DNA from: Coraliomargarita sp. | Lineage (GTDB): Bacteria > Verrucomicrobiota > Verrucomicrobiia > Opitutales > Coraliomargaritaceae | Reading direction: 5' to 3' | Assembly: GCA_965216325.1 (NCBI GenBank) | Contig: OZ244160.1 | Span: 1,472,001-1,536,000 of the forward strand | DNA length: 64,000 bases | In this document: positions 34,149 through 44,649 of the stretch, piece after piece | Numbering within the stretch: the stretch's first letter is position 1 | How the letters are laid out: each line of letters begins with the position of its first letter | Notes under the pieces: generated by a model | Told to the model about the DNA's origin: nothing | The model's input: the letters and a program-made list of their open reading frames with translations, nothing else | Databases searched by the model: none | Program-made: the position numbers and the translations under genes

Positions 34149-34595
34149 GAAAGACGGACAGGAATGTCCGTCCTCCTTCAAACGTGATACAGGAGGCAGG
34201 ACATTCCTGTCCTGCTCAAACGTCGGTTCGAATCGAAACGGCCGAAGCTTTCCAAATCGCTTACGAATGCAGCTTAAGCGCATTTAAGCGAGGTATCGCT
34301 TGGTAGGGCAGTCTCGCGGTTCGGCAAGCTCACCGCCCTGAGCCCGCCGAAGGGCCAAGACTGACGCCTGTCCGACCTAGCCTTGGGAAAGACGGACAGG
34401 AATGTCCGTCCTCCTTCAAACGTGATACAGGAGGCAGGACATTCCTGTCCTGCTCAAACGTCGGTTCGAATCGAAACGGCCGAAGCTTTCCAAATCGCTT
34501 ACGAATGCAGCTTAAGCGCATTTAAGCGAGGTATCGATTGGTAGGGCAGTCTCGCGGTTCGACAGGCTCACTGCCCTGAACTTGCCGAAGGGCCA
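34149..34595. repeat. Direct duplication of about 209 bp (period 238) composed of REP families C and D
   Basis: 34149-34357 and 34387-34595 are near identical, from gaaagacggacaggaatgtccgtcc to gaagggcca. Confidence 0.92.
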
Positions 34596-35812
34596 GATGG
34601 GAGGGGTCTTTCAGACCAGACCTTTATTGAATTGGTATCACTCTCCGCCTCCAACAATCGAGTCCGCCGATGCTGTTGTGGAAACTGCAAGGTAATGACC
34701 GAGCCCACTCCTTCGCGCGATTCGATACCGATCTGACCACCATGGTCGCGCATGATACGATTCACAATCATCATCCCCAGCCCGTGTCCACCGGTCTTGG
34801 TCGTGAAATAGGCCTGAAAGACTTTGGATAGATCCTCCTCTGAGATGCCGTCGCCCGTATCGATGAACTGCATGTAGACAAACTCATGATCACTTCGCGC
34901 CAGAATGCGCAAGCGTCCACCGGGGTGCATCGCCTCCATGGCGTTCTTGATCAGATTGAAGAACACCTGCTTCACTTGGCCACGGTCGCCAAGAATCGCG
35001 GGGACTGCTTCCGCCACTTCAACATTCACATCGATCTTGCGGCCGCTGAGTTCGGCTTCCTGCACACGGAGCACCTCATCGACGAGTTGAATTAAGTCCA
35101 ACTCATTGAGCTCAGGCTTCTGTGGCCGCACCGCCTCAAGGAAGTGGGTAATGATGCCATCCAGACGCTGCACTTCGCCTTGGCAGACACGAATCGAATC
35201 CGCCAGCTTCTGACCGCCCTCAAGCTCCAACTTCTTGAGCTTACGCTCAATCAACTGCAGATGAATCGTGAGCGAGTTCAACGGGTTGCCTAGCTCGTGC
35301 GCAACACCCGCGGCGAGGCGCACAATCGATCCCGTGCGCTCGTTCTCGATCAACTCCTCCATCGAGACTTTGTCTTCGGTCACATCGGAAAGCACGACCA
35401 CATAACCGCCACTCTCCGAGCTCCCCACCTGCGCATCAATCGGCACCATATAGAGCCTGACAAATCGATGCTCCGGGTAGCTGAGCTCAATCTCGCGGGA
35501 CAAGACCGGCTTGGCCGTCATGCCTTCGTCGCCATCTGTAGGATCAATCGAACGTGCCAGGTCCGGCACCATTTTCCAGAGTCGCACCACTCCAATGTCG
35601 TCTTGTTTGAGACCGATAATCCCACAAGCAGCATCGTTAGCATACTGCACCGTGCCATCCGAATCGATGACCAGAATACCATCCTGAATGGTATTGAATA
35701 CCGTCTCCTGCATCTTGCGCTCCCGCGCCAAGCGCTGCACGAGAATCCCCAGATTCACCGAATCAAGATCTTCGATTCGCCCTAAGATTTTGTCCAAGCC
35801 AGTGTTCTTCAT
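34568..35812 (-). CDS. Cytoplasmic PAS sensor histidine kinase (NtrB-like)
   Basis: PAS region, H-box AHELGNPL, N-box [25 protein letters not shown]. Confidence 0.9.
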   Translation of the reverse strand: MKNTGLDKILGRIEDLDSVNLGILVQRLARERKMQETVFNTIQDGILVIDSDGTVQYANDAACGIIGLKQDDIGVVRLWKMVPDLARSIDPTDGDEGMTAKPVLSREIELSYPEHRFVRLYMVPIDAQVGSSESGGYVVVLSDVTEDKVSMEELIENERTGSIVRLAAGVAHELGNPLNSLTIHLQLIERKLKKLELEGGQKLADSIRVCQGEVQRLDGIITHFLEAVRPQKPELNELDLIQLVDEVLRVQEAELSGRKIDVNVEVAEAVPAILGDRGQVKQVFFNLIKNAMEAMHPGGRLRILARSDHEFVYMQFIDTGDGISEEDLSKVFQAYFTTKTGGHGLGMMIVNRIMRDHGGQIGIESREGVGSVITLQFPQQHRRTRLLEAESDTNSIKVWSERPLPSGPSASSGQ

Positions 35813-35816
35813 TAAA

Positions 35817-35850
35817 AATCCTACTCCTAATCCTACTCTTAATCTTAATC
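35817..35850. repeat. Hexamer tandem repeat, left arm of the inverted repeat enclosing the four-helix-bundle gene
   Basis: aatcctactcctaatcctactcttaatcttaatc. Confidence 0.85.
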
Positions 35851-36243
35851 GCCCGTGTTGTAAGCACCCTGCTCCTCATACACCCGATCTGTCGAATTAC
35901 TACAAATCAAACCAACCAACATCGAAACAATCTCGCGCAGCAGCTGTTTCCCTTCATCGGCCTTCTGCTCAGTGATTAATGCCTTTCGACAAAGCACATC
36001 CAATACAGCCGCACACTCCAAGGCCGAGCCACGAGCAATATCGAAGAAGCGACAACGATCCGCAGGAGTGAACTTGCCGTTGCCCTCTGCAATATTAAGC
36101 GGGATCGAAGTCGAAGCTCGCTCTAACTGATCGTGCGCAGCAACCCGCTTTGCCAGTTCTTCTAGAACTGAGGCTGCAAATTCAACAAAATCCAGAGCCC
36201 GTTGATAAACCTGAAGCTTTTCGTGATCAAATACTGCGCTCAT
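35845..36243 (-). CDS. Four-helix-bundle protein (23S rRNA IVP/Avd-like family)
   Basis: [39 protein letters not shown]. Confidence 0.9.
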   Translation of the reverse strand: MSAVFDHEKLQVYQRALDFVEFAASVLEELAKRVAAHDQLERASTSIPLNIAEGNGKFTPADRCRFFDIARGSALECAAVLDVLCRKALITEQKADEGKQLLREIVSMLVGLICSNSTDRVYEEQGAYNTGD

Positions 36244-36260
36244 CTCTTACCAGACGTGGG

Positions 36261-36291
36261 GATTAAGATTATGATTAGGAGTAAGATTAAG
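36261..36291. repeat. Hexamer tandem repeat, right arm of the inverted repeat enclosing the four-helix-bundle gene
   Basis: gattaagattatgattaggagtaagattaag. Confidence 0.85.
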
Positions 36292-36937
36292 AGGGGATCG
36301 GAGCAATCCTTTGGATCAATTCCCTAGCAATCGCCGCCTTCGTGTCCGGGCCGATTGCGGTTTCACTGCCATCCGCACCGATCAAGAAGACTTCATTCGT
36401 ATCGGCCGCAAAGCCAGAACCTAAGCGACCAACACGGTTCGCCACAATCCAATCGAGACGCTTCTCTTCAAGCTTACCGCGTGCATAGCCCTTCACATTG
36501 CTCGTCTCCGCAGCAAAGCCCACCACCGTCTGATGCGCCTTGCGCTCCGTCATCGTTTTCAGAATATCGATCGTGCGCTCAAACTCGATGCTCATTGACG
36601 CACCGCCCTTCTTCTCCTTCTCGGCATGCTGCACCACTGGACGGAAATCGCTCACCGCCGCCGTCATGATCAACACATCGCAGGCATCAAACAGCGCATC
36701 GACCTGATGATACATTTCCTCGGCCGAAACGACCGGGTAGAGGATCACATCGTCCGGCTCCGGCAACGACACGGGACCTGCCACCAAATCGACGGTCCAA
36801 CCGGCCGCAACCGCCGCTTCGGCAAGGGCGTAGCCCATCTTTCCGGTGGAAGGATTGCTGATAAAGCGCACCGGATCGATAAATTCACGGGTCGGTCCCG
36901 CAGTGATTAAACAACGAATAGAGCTTGCATTCGACAT
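36287..36937 (-). CDS. coaB: Phosphopantothenate-cysteine ligase, stand-alone CoaB domain
   Basis: [43 protein letters not shown]; no CoaC flavoprotein domain. Confidence 0.85.
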   Translation of the reverse strand: MSNASSIRCLITAGPTREFIDPVRFISNPSTGKMGYALAEAAVAAGWTVDLVAGPVSLPEPDDVILYPVVSAEEMYHQVDALFDACDVLIMTAAVSDFRPVVQHAEKEKKGGASMSIEFERTIDILKTMTERKAHQTVVGFAAETSNVKGYARGKLEEKRLDWIVANRVGRLGSGFAADTNEVFLIGADGSETAIGPDTKAAIARELIQRIAPIPS

Positions 36938-36962
36938 AACTGGGAAAAGCCTAAGCGGACTC

Positions 36963-37742
36963 ATGCCCGAACAGCAACCCAGCACCTCGCCTAATCCTCA
37001 AAATTCTGCCGCGCCCAAAGCACCGGTGAAACAGGAGAACGTCTTCTTGAACCTCGGCTGCAACCTGATCCTGCCGATCATGGTGCTCAAGAAGGGCGAA
37101 AAATGGTTCGGCAGTCTACTCGAACCGTACTTCGACCGCGTGGCTGTCGGCGTGCTGCTTATCGCCATCGCCTTCCCGATCGGTTATTTCATCTTCGATC
37201 TCATCAAGCGTAGCAAATTCAACTTCGTCTCGATTGTCGGCTTGATCAGTGTGCTCCTCACCGGGCTCTTTGGCGTGCTGGAACTTCCCGTCGAATGGTT
37301 TGCACTCAAGGAAGCCGCTCTACCACTCGCGATCGGTATCGGCATCGCAGCCTCAATCTACACCAGGAACTCATTCTTCAAAGCCATCGTCCTCAATCCC
37401 GACATCTGTAATGTCGACCGCATCACCACAGCGCTTCAAGAAGCTCAAAAAGAAGCCCAGTTCGAAAAACTCCTACGCTTCTGCAACTGGGTCATCGTGG
37501 TCTCGATGGGACTCTCGGTCATCCTGAACTTCGTTCTGGCACGCTGGATTGTCGTTAGCCCAACAGGCACCGAAGCCTTCAACGACGAAGTGGCCAAAAT
37601 GATGTGGGTCAGCATGATCGTGATCATGATTCCCAGCATGGCGCTGATGATCTATGCCTTCTACCGCCTGATGTCCGGCATCACTCAGATGACCGGCCTC
37701 AAACTCGAAGACATCATGCATGGAGCGGATGCAAAATCGTAG
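36963..37742 (+). CDS. VC0807-family membrane protein
   Basis: About 7 TM segments; [16 protein letters not shown]...[10 protein letters not shown]...FNDEVAKM pattern. Confidence 0.65.
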   Translation: MPEQQPSTSPNPQNSAAPKAPVKQENVFLNLGCNLILPIMVLKKGEKWFGSLLEPYFDRVAVGVLLIAIAFPIGYFIFDLIKRSKFNFVSIVGLISVLLTGLFGVLELPVEWFALKEAALPLAIGIGIAASIYTRNSFFKAIVLNPDICNVDRITTALQEAQKEAQFEKLLRFCNWVIVVSMGLSVILNFVLARWIVVSPTGTEAFNDEVAKMMWVSMIVIMIPSMALMIYAFYRLMSGITQMTGLKLEDIMHGADAKS

Positions 37743-38120
37743 GGGCGCGACTTGACGAATGACACGACCTTAAGAGCATTTCACTTTGGGATAGATTGGT
37801 AGGGCAGTCTCGCCGAGGCTGCCGTTCGCTAAGATGCCGTGAACTGCAATCGGTTCAGGATGGCAGGTTGATGCTGTAAGCAATCCACGTGGCATGGGTA
37901 TTCTGTATTGTTTGCCGAACGGTCGTCTCGGCGAGACGACCCTACCACAAAGAAGCCTTAGAGAACCCAAATTCACCGTAAGGTAGTGCCATTCGCGACT
38001 TGCCTGCCCTGAGCTTGCCGAAGTTGACGCACCCTCAACAGAGTAACAGCCCTGCTCCACTGCGGGTGTCCGTTCCGAGCCGAAGGCAACGAGACCGGAC
38101 CGGACCAACCTCACCCCTAC
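37739..38120. repeat. Composite REP cluster (families B and C with nested inserts)
   Basis: Truncated B at 37739, C REPIN 37799-37945, B with cctgccctgagcttgccgaag insert near 37994-38034, B with insert 38063-38120. Confidence 0.8.
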
Positions 38121-38124
38121 TATT

Positions 38125-40593
38125 TCAGCGCTTCAGGTCCACCGAGTGCAGCTCAAAGAAGTCACCCGCATACTGGCGCGACTGGGTGAAGTGGATCCGC
38201 AACTCAGCAGCCCCTGCTGGAGCTACCATGGGGATCGTGACCGATTTCACACCATCCGACTGGCCATTTGGAAAACGAAGCGGCAACTGCACCTTCAATT
38301 GTTTCCCAGCCTCATCTTTCCACGTCAGTTGCACCTGTGTTCGGTTATCCGGGCTAATTGAGTATCCACACTCCAGTTGTAAGAAGTAAGCAGCACCCGC
38401 ATCCACTTCAACATCGGTAAACATTGAGGACATATCCGCGCCTTCAATCCGAACCCCCCGATCCGATTCGATGGCCAGCAACTTAAACTTTTCAGATGGC
38501 CGGAAATCAAACTTCCACCCCGGGACAACTGGCACATACGGACCAAGGAACGAGTGGCGAGTCTGCCCCGAGTGATTCAGATTGAAATTCGGCAACAGCG
38601 ACACGGCCGAGCCCAAGTCCCATTCGTCCAGCGCCGTCTGAATCCGCTCATAGCCCTCAATCGCAGGATTGCTTCCCGCCGCAAGCGCAGCCGGCACAGG
38701 GTCCGTCTGCATCATACGAGTAAATGACTTTAGCCGCGCATGCATCGGGTCAGCAATCAGCTCTTGCGCATAATCCCGATAGAGCTGACGCGCATTGATG
38801 AAGTCTTCAAGCTGCCCAGTCGATAGGTCACGACGCAAGACAGACTCGACCAACTCCACACGCGCCCGATGCATCTCAGCATATAACTCCGTAAAGCGGA
38901 ACGCATCCGCAACCACCTGCACACGCGCCAAGCGGCGCGCATCCCCCGCCACCAATTGCTCAGCCTCTTGAATCTGAGCACGCATGTCCCTGATGAGTTC
39001 CGGTGTAAACAGCTCAATCCCCGCCTCATCCTTATACAGTTTAATCCACTCAGCTTCCCCTTCGTGTTCGTTACGATGCCCCTCGGCCATCTCATAGAAT
39101 GCACGCATCGGTCCCGCAGCCGCACCAAAGAAGTGGGTGTAATATTCGTTCAGTAAGGCCTCAGCATCCTGTTGCGAATCCCATAGCAGCTCGGCCGCTA
39201 ACCAGGCCTTGGGACCATCCATCCCCCATGCCGAAGGCAATTGCGAAAAGAACACATCCACACCGATGTCATTGAGGTGCTTCAAACTCTCATCGATCCA
39301 TTGGCTAAACTGCCTGGGATACGGATACGGCGCCCCAAAGTAATAATCCCAAGTCGCCATGCGCTCGATACCCGAGCCCATCCAACGCTCCGCCAACGCT
39401 CGATCCTCATCCCGGTATGCAGGGTCATGCCATTGAGCTCGATCCGAGGTCAAGACGGGCATTATATGCGGATGGAGCGGAATCGAAGGTGACGGCTCGG
39501 TCCAATAATACGCAAGCGCAGTCAGATAGCGCGGCTGACCGGAGGGCGTCGTCCAGATTGAACGGCCTGAAGCATTCACAACCGTAGGGGCGCGACTTGC
39601 CTGCCCTGAGCTTATCGAAGGTGACGCCCCCGCCTCCAGAGCAGACCCCACATTCGTTCGGGCGTGCCAAGGCTCGCCCCTACTTGCAATTCCTCGCTCG
39701 GCATCATAGGCATCCAAGCGAGTCGCCACCTGATTCATAAAGCCAAAGACCAAATCCGTATAGTTCGGTCGGTTTCTGAAATACTGAACTGGCTCTACGG
39801 TAAGCTCGGTCCATTCCGAAGTGTCAAACAGGACATTGTCATTAATCGACAGCGAGAAACTAGGACTTTGCGGATGCGCCTCAAAATGCGCCATCGCAGC
39901 TTCGGCTGCCAGCTCAACCACTCGCGGATGCGTGAAATCCGGCTGCGGATCGGTTCCCCCATGCCCCCTAGGGCGCCGCCGCGTTCCCTTCACCAAGGCA
40001 AACAATTCAGGCTCTTGATCGTAGAGTTCGGCCGTAAAGACCTTCGCCAAGGCATGATTGAATGAATACACGCGATTCAAGCGATTCCGCCGCCCAAAAT
40101 CGGCATCTGACGGATACAATTGCCGCTGCACAAAATCCGGGGCTTCACGCCACGGTCGATCCGGAAAGTAAGTCGGCACCGAACCATGCTGCTCAAACCC
40201 AAGATCCGAAGCCCAATACCAACGCGCGCCCAAGACATCCTGACAAAGCGCCATCACCGCATTCGCGAGTCCCGCATCCGTCGCGGCACGAACCATGACC
40301 CGTGTGCGCTCACGCCGAATCGAAAAACTACCCAGGTTCTCGACTAGCCAATCCGCATCCGAATGCTCCAACACTATGCAGTTCTTTGCGGGTAGCTCTT
40401 CATCAGAGTGACTCAACGCCACTGGCCAGAGTTCTACAAGGTCATCGACAGCAGCAAGCAAAGTAGCAGAAGACTCTCGCGGTAAAGCCACACTATCGAT
40501 CCCAGTGAGCCTCAACTTTGCGGAACCAAGAGCAGCCTCCGGTTTCCAGAACTGCGCACGTTCTGATGCTTCTACCGTCAGCAATGCTGTCAT
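38125..40593 (-). CDS. DUF4838-like large protein with in-frame REPIN insertion
   Basis: LGARWYW...FVQR...FNH, QPDFTHP, SLSIND, LAYY, LAAELLWD, YYTHFFGAAAGPM; C-terminal beta-sandwich-like region. Start uncertain (40593-40656). Confidence 0.65.
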   Translation of the reverse strand: MTALLTVEASERAQFWKPEAALGSAKLRLTGIDSVALPRESSATLLAAVDDLVELWPVALSHSDEELPAKNCIVLEHSDADWLVENLGSFSIRRERTRVMVRAATDAGLANAVMALCQDVLGARWYWASDLGFEQHGSVPTYFPDRPWREAPDFVQRQLYPSDADFGRRNRLNRVYSFNHALAKVFTAELYDQEPELFALVKGTRRRPRGHGGTDPQPDFTHPRVVELAAEAAMAHFEAHPQSPSFSLSINDNVLFDTSEWTELTVEPVQYFRNRPNYTDLVFGFMNQVATRLDAYDAERGIASRGEPWHARTNVGSALEAGASPSISSGQASRAPTVVNASGRSIWTTPSGQPRYLTALAYYWTEPSPSIPLHPHIMPVLTSDRAQWHDPAYRDEDRALAERWMGSGIERMATWDYYFGAPYPYPRQFSQWIDESLKHLNDIGVDVFFSQLPSAWGMDGPKAWLAAELLWDSQQDAEALLNEYYTHFFGAAAGPMRAFYEMAEGHRNEHEGEAEWIKLYKDEAGIELFTPELIRDMRAQIQEAEQLVAGDARRLARVQVVADAFRFTELYAEMHRARVELVESVLRRDLSTGQLEDFINARQLYRDYAQELIADPMHARLKSFTRMMQTDPVPAALAAGSNPAIEGYERIQTALDEWDLGSAVSLLPNFNLNHSGQTRHSFLGPYVPVVPGWKFDFRPSEKFKLLAIESDRGVRIEGADMSSMFTDVEVDAGAAYFLQLECGYSISPDNRTQVQLTWKDEAGKQLKVQLPLRFPNGQSDGVKSVTIPMVAPAGAAELRIHFTQSRQYAGDFFELHSVDLKR
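39584..39683. repeat. Intragenic REPIN (family B) with nested 24-bp insert
   Basis: gtaggggcgcgacttg[cctgccctgagcttatcgaaggtg]acgcccccg and cgggcgtgccaaggctcgcccctac. Confidence 0.88.
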
Positions 40594-40674
40594 GAAGCAT
40601 ATTACAGATTTCAAATTAGAAATTACAGACATCTGGGCTCTTGCGATCTGAAACATTAAATCTGCAATCTTAAA

Positions 40675-41577
40675 TCAGGAATTTGAGTCACGCTCAAATT
40701 CCTTAATCTTCAGACGGATCTGGTAAAAATAAACCGCCTTACAGAAGGCAAAATGAAAGCCCGCCGCACCATCCAGAAAGCCGCGCTTTAAAAAATAGCC
40801 ACGCAGAAAATAAACCGGAGCCGCCCACCATTTGGCGATGTGGCGATACTTACGCTGCTGGCGCATTGTCAACGTAGGGGCGCGACTTGACGCGCCCGCT
40901 CCCGAGCCATCGCCAAGAATATCCGGATTAAGATTACGAGTAAGAGTATGATTAAGAGTGCTCGTCCCTTCAACTAGTTGAAGATAACGAGCGGCTTCCC
41001 AGGACGCATACTCATTGTGCTTCGCGATGTAGTGATGCAGCCCACGATATTCATTATGTTCAATCGGCGCGCGGATCTCACCAAGCGGCCCCTCCAGAAT
41101 CGGGTGCTCATGAATCTCCATGTCCAACTGACTCCACGAATTCTCTTCGATACGCTCATACTCACCCGCACCGAAACGGAATAGCGCCAACTTGTTAAAC
41201 TCATCGCCATGCTTCAGCTGCTTGCCTAGGAACCAACGCTCATAGTTCAACCAGAACCCTACACAGGTAGTCTCGGCCAACACACGCCTCAGTTCTTCAA
41301 CAAAGCGCTCCGTCACAAATTCATCCGCATCCAGAAAGAGCACCCAATCCGTCGTAAAGGCATAGTTCCGCAAGACCCAGTTCCGCTTCTTCGGGAACTG
41401 GCCATTCCATTTAAACTGTAAGACCTCGGCACCTGCTTCTTGAGCAATCTCACAAGTCGCATCCGAACTTCCCGAGTCCACTACCACCACCTGCGCAAAC
41501 GCAGATAGTCGCCCCAAACAACGGGGCAGATTGTCCGCCTCATTCTTAACGGGAATGACTACTGTTACGGGCAACAT
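40675..41577 (-). CDS. Glycosyltransferase family 2 (paralog A)
   Basis: VTVVIPVKNE, VDSGSSD, WVLFLDADE; ATG at 41577. Confidence 0.9.
   Translation of the reverse strand: MLPVTVVIPVKNEADNLPRCLGRLSAFAQVVVVDSGSSDATCEIAQEAGAEVLQFKWNGQFPKKRNWVLRNYAFTTDWVLFLDADEFVTERFVEELRRVLAETTCVGFWLNYERWFLGKQLKHGDEFNKLALFRFGAGEYERIEENSWSQLDMEIHEHPILEGPLGEIRAPIEHNEYRGLHHYIAKHNEYASWEAARYLQLVEGTSTLNHTLTRNLNPDILGDGSGAGASSRAPTLTMRQQRKYRHIAKWWAAPVYFLRGYFLKRGFLDGAAGFHFAFCKAVYFYQIRLKIKEFERDSNS
40874..40959. repeat. Intragenic family-B REP (40874-40898) plus hexamer repeat (40926-40959)
   Basis: gtaggggcgcgacttgacgcgcccg and gattaagattacgagtaagagtatgattaagagt. Confidence 0.88.
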
Positions 41578-41606
41578 GGAGTTAGTCTTAAGTTTTAAGT
41601 GGTTAG

Positions 41607-41676
41607 GTAGGGGCGAGCGTTGGTCCGGTCCGCTTCGCGTCAGGTCTTGGCGCCTTCGGCTTGGAACGCACGCCCG
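41607..41676. repeat. Family-B REP with nested hairpin insert
   Basis: gtaggggcgagcgtt[ggtccggtccgcttcgcgtcaggtcttggcgccttcggcttggaa]cgcacgcccg. Confidence 0.7.
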
Positions 41677-41710
41677 CATTGAGGTCTTACTTTCAAGGCC
41701 ACCGCACAAT

Positions 41711-42136
41711 TCAGTCCAAAAACCTGGAAAACGGACGTTCCAAGAAGTCAGATACGTGGTGGTAGGCCTCACTTTCAAGAACCTCACGAATTAACTCACG
41801 ATCGACGTTTAGATATACATGCACGATCGCATTGCGCATGCCAATGGCTTTCGCCCAGACGTCCACGTCTGCCTCGCGACACATGCCCGCCTCCTGCAAC
41901 GCAACAAAGGCATCATATGCATTGACCGGCGCCGGCGAACGCCCCGCCAAGCGCAGTAGATGCTTCGCCTTGCCAATCGCATTTTCCACCAGCAATTGAA
42001 GGGAGTGCTCCAATCCGTTCCACTCTAATTCACTCAAACGCCCCTCTGTTTGCAGACGCTTGCGCGCTTCGAGGAGCGCTGCTTCTTGCCGACGCAACAT
42101 GCTTAAGGTTGCTTCGTGGTAGAGCTCATAGTCCAT
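41711..42136 (-). CDS. HEPN ribonuclease toxin (HepT/DUF86-like)
   Basis: [10 protein letters not shown] (RX4HXY); overlaps the upstream MNT gene. Confidence 0.88.
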   Translation of the reverse strand: MDYELYHEATLSMLRRQEAALLEARKRLQTEGRLSELEWNGLEHSLQLLVENAIGKAKHLLRLAGRSPAPVNAYDAFVALQEAGMCREADVDVWAKAIGMRNAIVHVYLNVDRELIREVLESEAYHHVSDFLERPFSRFLD

Positions 42137-42509
42137 GTGCTTTCCTAAAGTGAAATTCCTCCTGTGCGCTCCAGGCGCGTTGATAAAAACGAAACAAATC
42201 CAGTGAACGATGCCCCTTCAAAATGCGTCCTTCTTCGGCAACCGTAATACACAGCCCGATGGGCACCCGTCGCAAATCGACCAGATCAATCACTGCGCCT
42301 GAAATGCCTAGCGCCGCAGACAATTCCGACTTCAGCCGCTCCATGCGCGCCAGACGATCCAGCTGGGTAGGAAACTCGTCCACAAAGGAAAGCGCGAAGT
42401 CCCAATCCGATCCCGAGGCTGCCTGCGCCTCACCTCTGGCACGGCTTCCATACAGAAAGGCCACCGCCACATCCGCTTGTGCTTCAAAAAAATTGACGGC
42501 CTTTTGCAT
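42126..42509 (-). CDS. Minimal nucleotidyltransferase antitoxin (MntA-like)
   Basis: LYGSRARG...SDWDFA, IDLVDL. Confidence 0.88.
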   Translation of the reverse strand: MQKAVNFFEAQADVAVAFLYGSRARGEAQAASGSDWDFALSFVDEFPTQLDRLARMERLKSELSAALGISGAVIDLVDLRRVPIGLCITVAEEGRILKGHRSLDLFRFYQRAWSAQEEFHFRKAHGL

Positions 42510-42564
42510 ATACCAACCGAAGCTATGTCTCTGACCTACAAATTCAAGCCCCAAGCAAACCGTA

Positions 42565-42643
42565 GTAGCGTGCGCACTTGTGCGTCACAACCGAGCAACA
42601 GCCATCCCACCGAATCAAGTGCATTCACAAGTGAAGCACCTAC
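42565..42643. repeat. GTAG-tagged REP pair (family E)
   Basis: gtagcgtgcgcacttgtgcgtcac and gtgcattcacaagtgaagcacctac. Confidence 0.6.
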
Positions 42644-42825
42644 GACTAAAATTCGCTTTTTTGCGGCCACAGAAAAGCGCGGGCACCGAGCCACGCGCTG
42701 TTTAAGTTCAAACCAAACCGTTTATAGTCCAGATCCACCCCTGTGATCCTTCGCGTCACCCTGTATCATGAATCTCATAAAGTAGAAGCGCGCTTCCAGC
42801 CGCTTTTTCTAAGCCCCATCCCACG

Positions 42826-42916
42826 CTCCGTGTCTTGGTGCCTCCGTGTGATCCCCTCGCTCCTGCGGGTCCAAGCCACGTCAGATTTTCTCACACGGAG
42901 ACACGGGGACACGGAG
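42826..42916. repeat. Inverted pair of ACACGGAG octamer repeats
   Basis: ctccgtgtcttggtgcctccgtgtga versus tcacacggagacacggggacacggag (22/26 complementary). Confidence 0.8.
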
Positions 42917-43020
42917 GCTCATCAACAAGGATCGTTCCTGACTTTCAGATACGCTCGCGACCTTCGGCAAGTGGAGCCACAACTCGAGCACGCAGGAAGA
43001 CTTTGAATACCACTTGCAAG

Positions 43021-43037
43021 TGCACAGTTCTTGTGCA
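43021..43037. promoter_or_regulatory. Probable TA autorepression operator
   Basis: TGCACA-N5-TGTGCA palindrome 11 bp before the antitoxin ATG. Confidence 0.6.
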
Positions 43038-43048
43038 TAGTTCACAGA

Positions 43049-43291
43049 ATGAAAGCCTCTTTACTTGCTTTGCGTCGCAGCCCTGCAGAGGTCTTGGCGG
43101 CGATTGAAAAACGCCAAGAAGTCACCCTGACCAAGCGAGGCAAAGCAATCGCTCGCATCGTTCCACTTAGCAGCCATGCAGCCAAGTCTGTTCATTCACA
43201 AACCGCATTTGGTATGTGGAGCGACGCCTCGGCACAATCCGTCGATCAACAGGTCCGCAAACTACGCGAGGGGCGATTTCATGATCTTTGA
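43049..43291 (+). CDS. Phd/YefM-family antitoxin
   Basis: LRRSPAEVL...EVTLTKRGKAIARIVP; overlaps the PIN gene. Confidence 0.85.
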   Translation: MKASLLALRRSPAEVLAAIEKRQEVTLTKRGKAIARIVPLSSHAAKSVHSQTAFGMWSDASAQSVDQQVRKLREGRFHDL

Positions 43292-43664
43292 CACCGATGT
43301 CCTCATCTGGTGCTTTCGCGGCAATGAAGCCGCAGCCCGCGTGATCGATGCCTGCCAAGACCGAAAGATCACAGCCGTCACTTTGATGGAACTGCATCAG
43401 GGCGCACGCAATAAGTCCGAGCAAAAAACGATCAATAAATTCGTTCGTGAAATGGAGTTCCACATCTTGCCAATCGACGAAAACATATCGCATCGCGCCT
43501 GTATCTACGTCGAAGAATTTTGCCTCAAAGCATCGATGCACATGGCCGACGCGCTCATCGCTGCGACTGCGGTCGAGCAGGCCGAAACACTCTGCACCGC
43601 CAATCACAAACATTACAAAGTCGTTTCCGAACTGGACACGAAAGTCTTCAAGCCGACGCACTGA
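43281..43664 (+). CDS. VapC/PIN-domain toxin
   Basis: MIFDTDVLI, TLMEL, ADALIAATA, LCTANHKHY. Confidence 0.9.
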   Translation: MIFDTDVLIWCFRGNEAAARVIDACQDRKITAVTLMELHQGARNKSEQKTINKFVREMEFHILPIDENISHRACIYVEEFCLKASMHMADALIAATAVEQAETLCTANHKHYKVVSELDTKVFKPTH

Positions 43665-43728
43665 GGTATTCAGTCCCCCACCGAAGGTGCCCCCCCTAAG
43701 ACCACCCTATCCTGAGCTTGTCGAAGCG

Positions 43729-43920
43729 AACAACTAACAACGAACACCTAAACACTAACAACTCCCCGCCGGAGACTTCCAGCCCCGCTGGCCTCTTAAA
43801 TTTTAAATCTGCAATCTTAAATCGCACGCACCGCGTGCTCCTCCCCCCTAACAACTAACAACTCCCCATAAATCCTAAATCTTAAATCCCACGCAACGCG
43901 TGCACCCACTCCTTCGACAA
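43729..43920. repeat. Heptamer repeat tracts (AACAACT, AAATCTT) with two copies of a GCACGC-N3-GCGTGC-type palindrome
   Basis: Copies at 43820-43841 and 43885-43920; the latter matches 44974-45009 at 33/36. Confidence 0.8.
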
Positions 43921-43941
43921 GGGCCCCACAGAATCGCAACT

Positions 43942-44319
43942 TCAAACGCTCTTCAGGCAGTTCAGCAAGGCACGAAAGGCCTCTGCATGTGCCGGGAGAT
44001 GTGCATAAATCTGCTCGGCCAAACCTTCATGATACGTATGAGAGGTCAAATTGCGATCCTTCACCGTGCGACTAAGGGCTAAACAGAGATCCTCATCAAT
44101 TAAGGATACTTGGAACGCAGCCTGATAGCATCCCTTCGGATAGCGCACCTCTAAATCATACGCCTGCTTGAGCGATTCCTGCAGTGCTTTCCAGCAAATC
44201 TCCGAGGTAAACTCAAAGCGCTGAATGGACGCATCACGCGTCTTCTCATCCTGAACCGGATCGCTCAGAATCGCCTCAAAACGAGCTAAGGCCTTTTCCG
44301 CTGACGCTAACTTTCCCAT
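43942..44319 (-). CDS. HEPN protein, HI0074-like
   Basis: RDASIQRFEFT...WK, KDRNLTSHTY (RX4HXY). Confidence 0.9.
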   Translation of the reverse strand: MGKLASAEKALARFEAILSDPVQDEKTRDASIQRFEFTSEICWKALQESLKQAYDLEVRYPKGCYQAAFQVSLIDEDLCLALSRTVKDRNLTSHTYHEGLAEQIYAHLPAHAEAFRALLNCLKSV

Positions 44320-44609
44320 AAAATCCCATCACGCTCCACCGCAGCCTGCAAGGCAGACGATGCTGTGTTCAAATCAACAATATCCACCGGATAAATAATC
44401 TCCGTGTCAGCAGCCACCGCATCTTCAAAATCCTCCAGTGCAGTCTCCGAAGACTCAGCGCTTAATCGCACTGCTAAATCAAAATCACTACGACGGCGAG
44501 CCGCATTGACCGCACGAGAGCCAAACAACCAAACCTGAGCGCGTGGCAACTGCTGCCGGACATGCCACCGCAAACGGTCTTCGGCTAGCTTTGCTGCAGG
44601 ATGTATCAT
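44307..44609 (-). CDS. Minimal nucleotidyltransferase (MNT)
   Basis: WLFGSRA...SDFDLAV, VDIVDL; ATG at 44609. Confidence 0.88.
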   Translation of the reverse strand: MIHPAAKLAEDRLRWHVRQQLPRAQVWLFGSRAVNAARRRSDFDLAVRLSAESSETALEDFEDAVAADTEIIYPVDIVDLNTASSALQAAVERDGILWES

Positions 44610-44649
44610 GCCAATATACAAGCCGCCCACGAACCCAGGCGCAAGACAC

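Noticed and set aside
34074..34521. Two near-identical short ORFs (69 and 63 aa)
   Set aside because: Products of translating the duplicated REP block.
35845..36243. Four-helix-bundle gene as part of a diversity-generating retroelement or an rRNA intervening sequence
   Set aside because: No reverse transcriptase, TR/VR pair or rRNA sequence in the window.
37739..38120. Clustered palindromic repeats as a possible CRISPR array
   Set aside because: Repeats are inverted, of mixed families and irregularly spaced; no cas genes.
41578..41787. Long N-terminal extensions in the ORF track (GT2-A; also HIT 24316-24507 and binding protein 27947-28129)
   Set aside because: They run through REPs or neighbouring genes and precede the family-typical start, so they were not counted as coding insertions.
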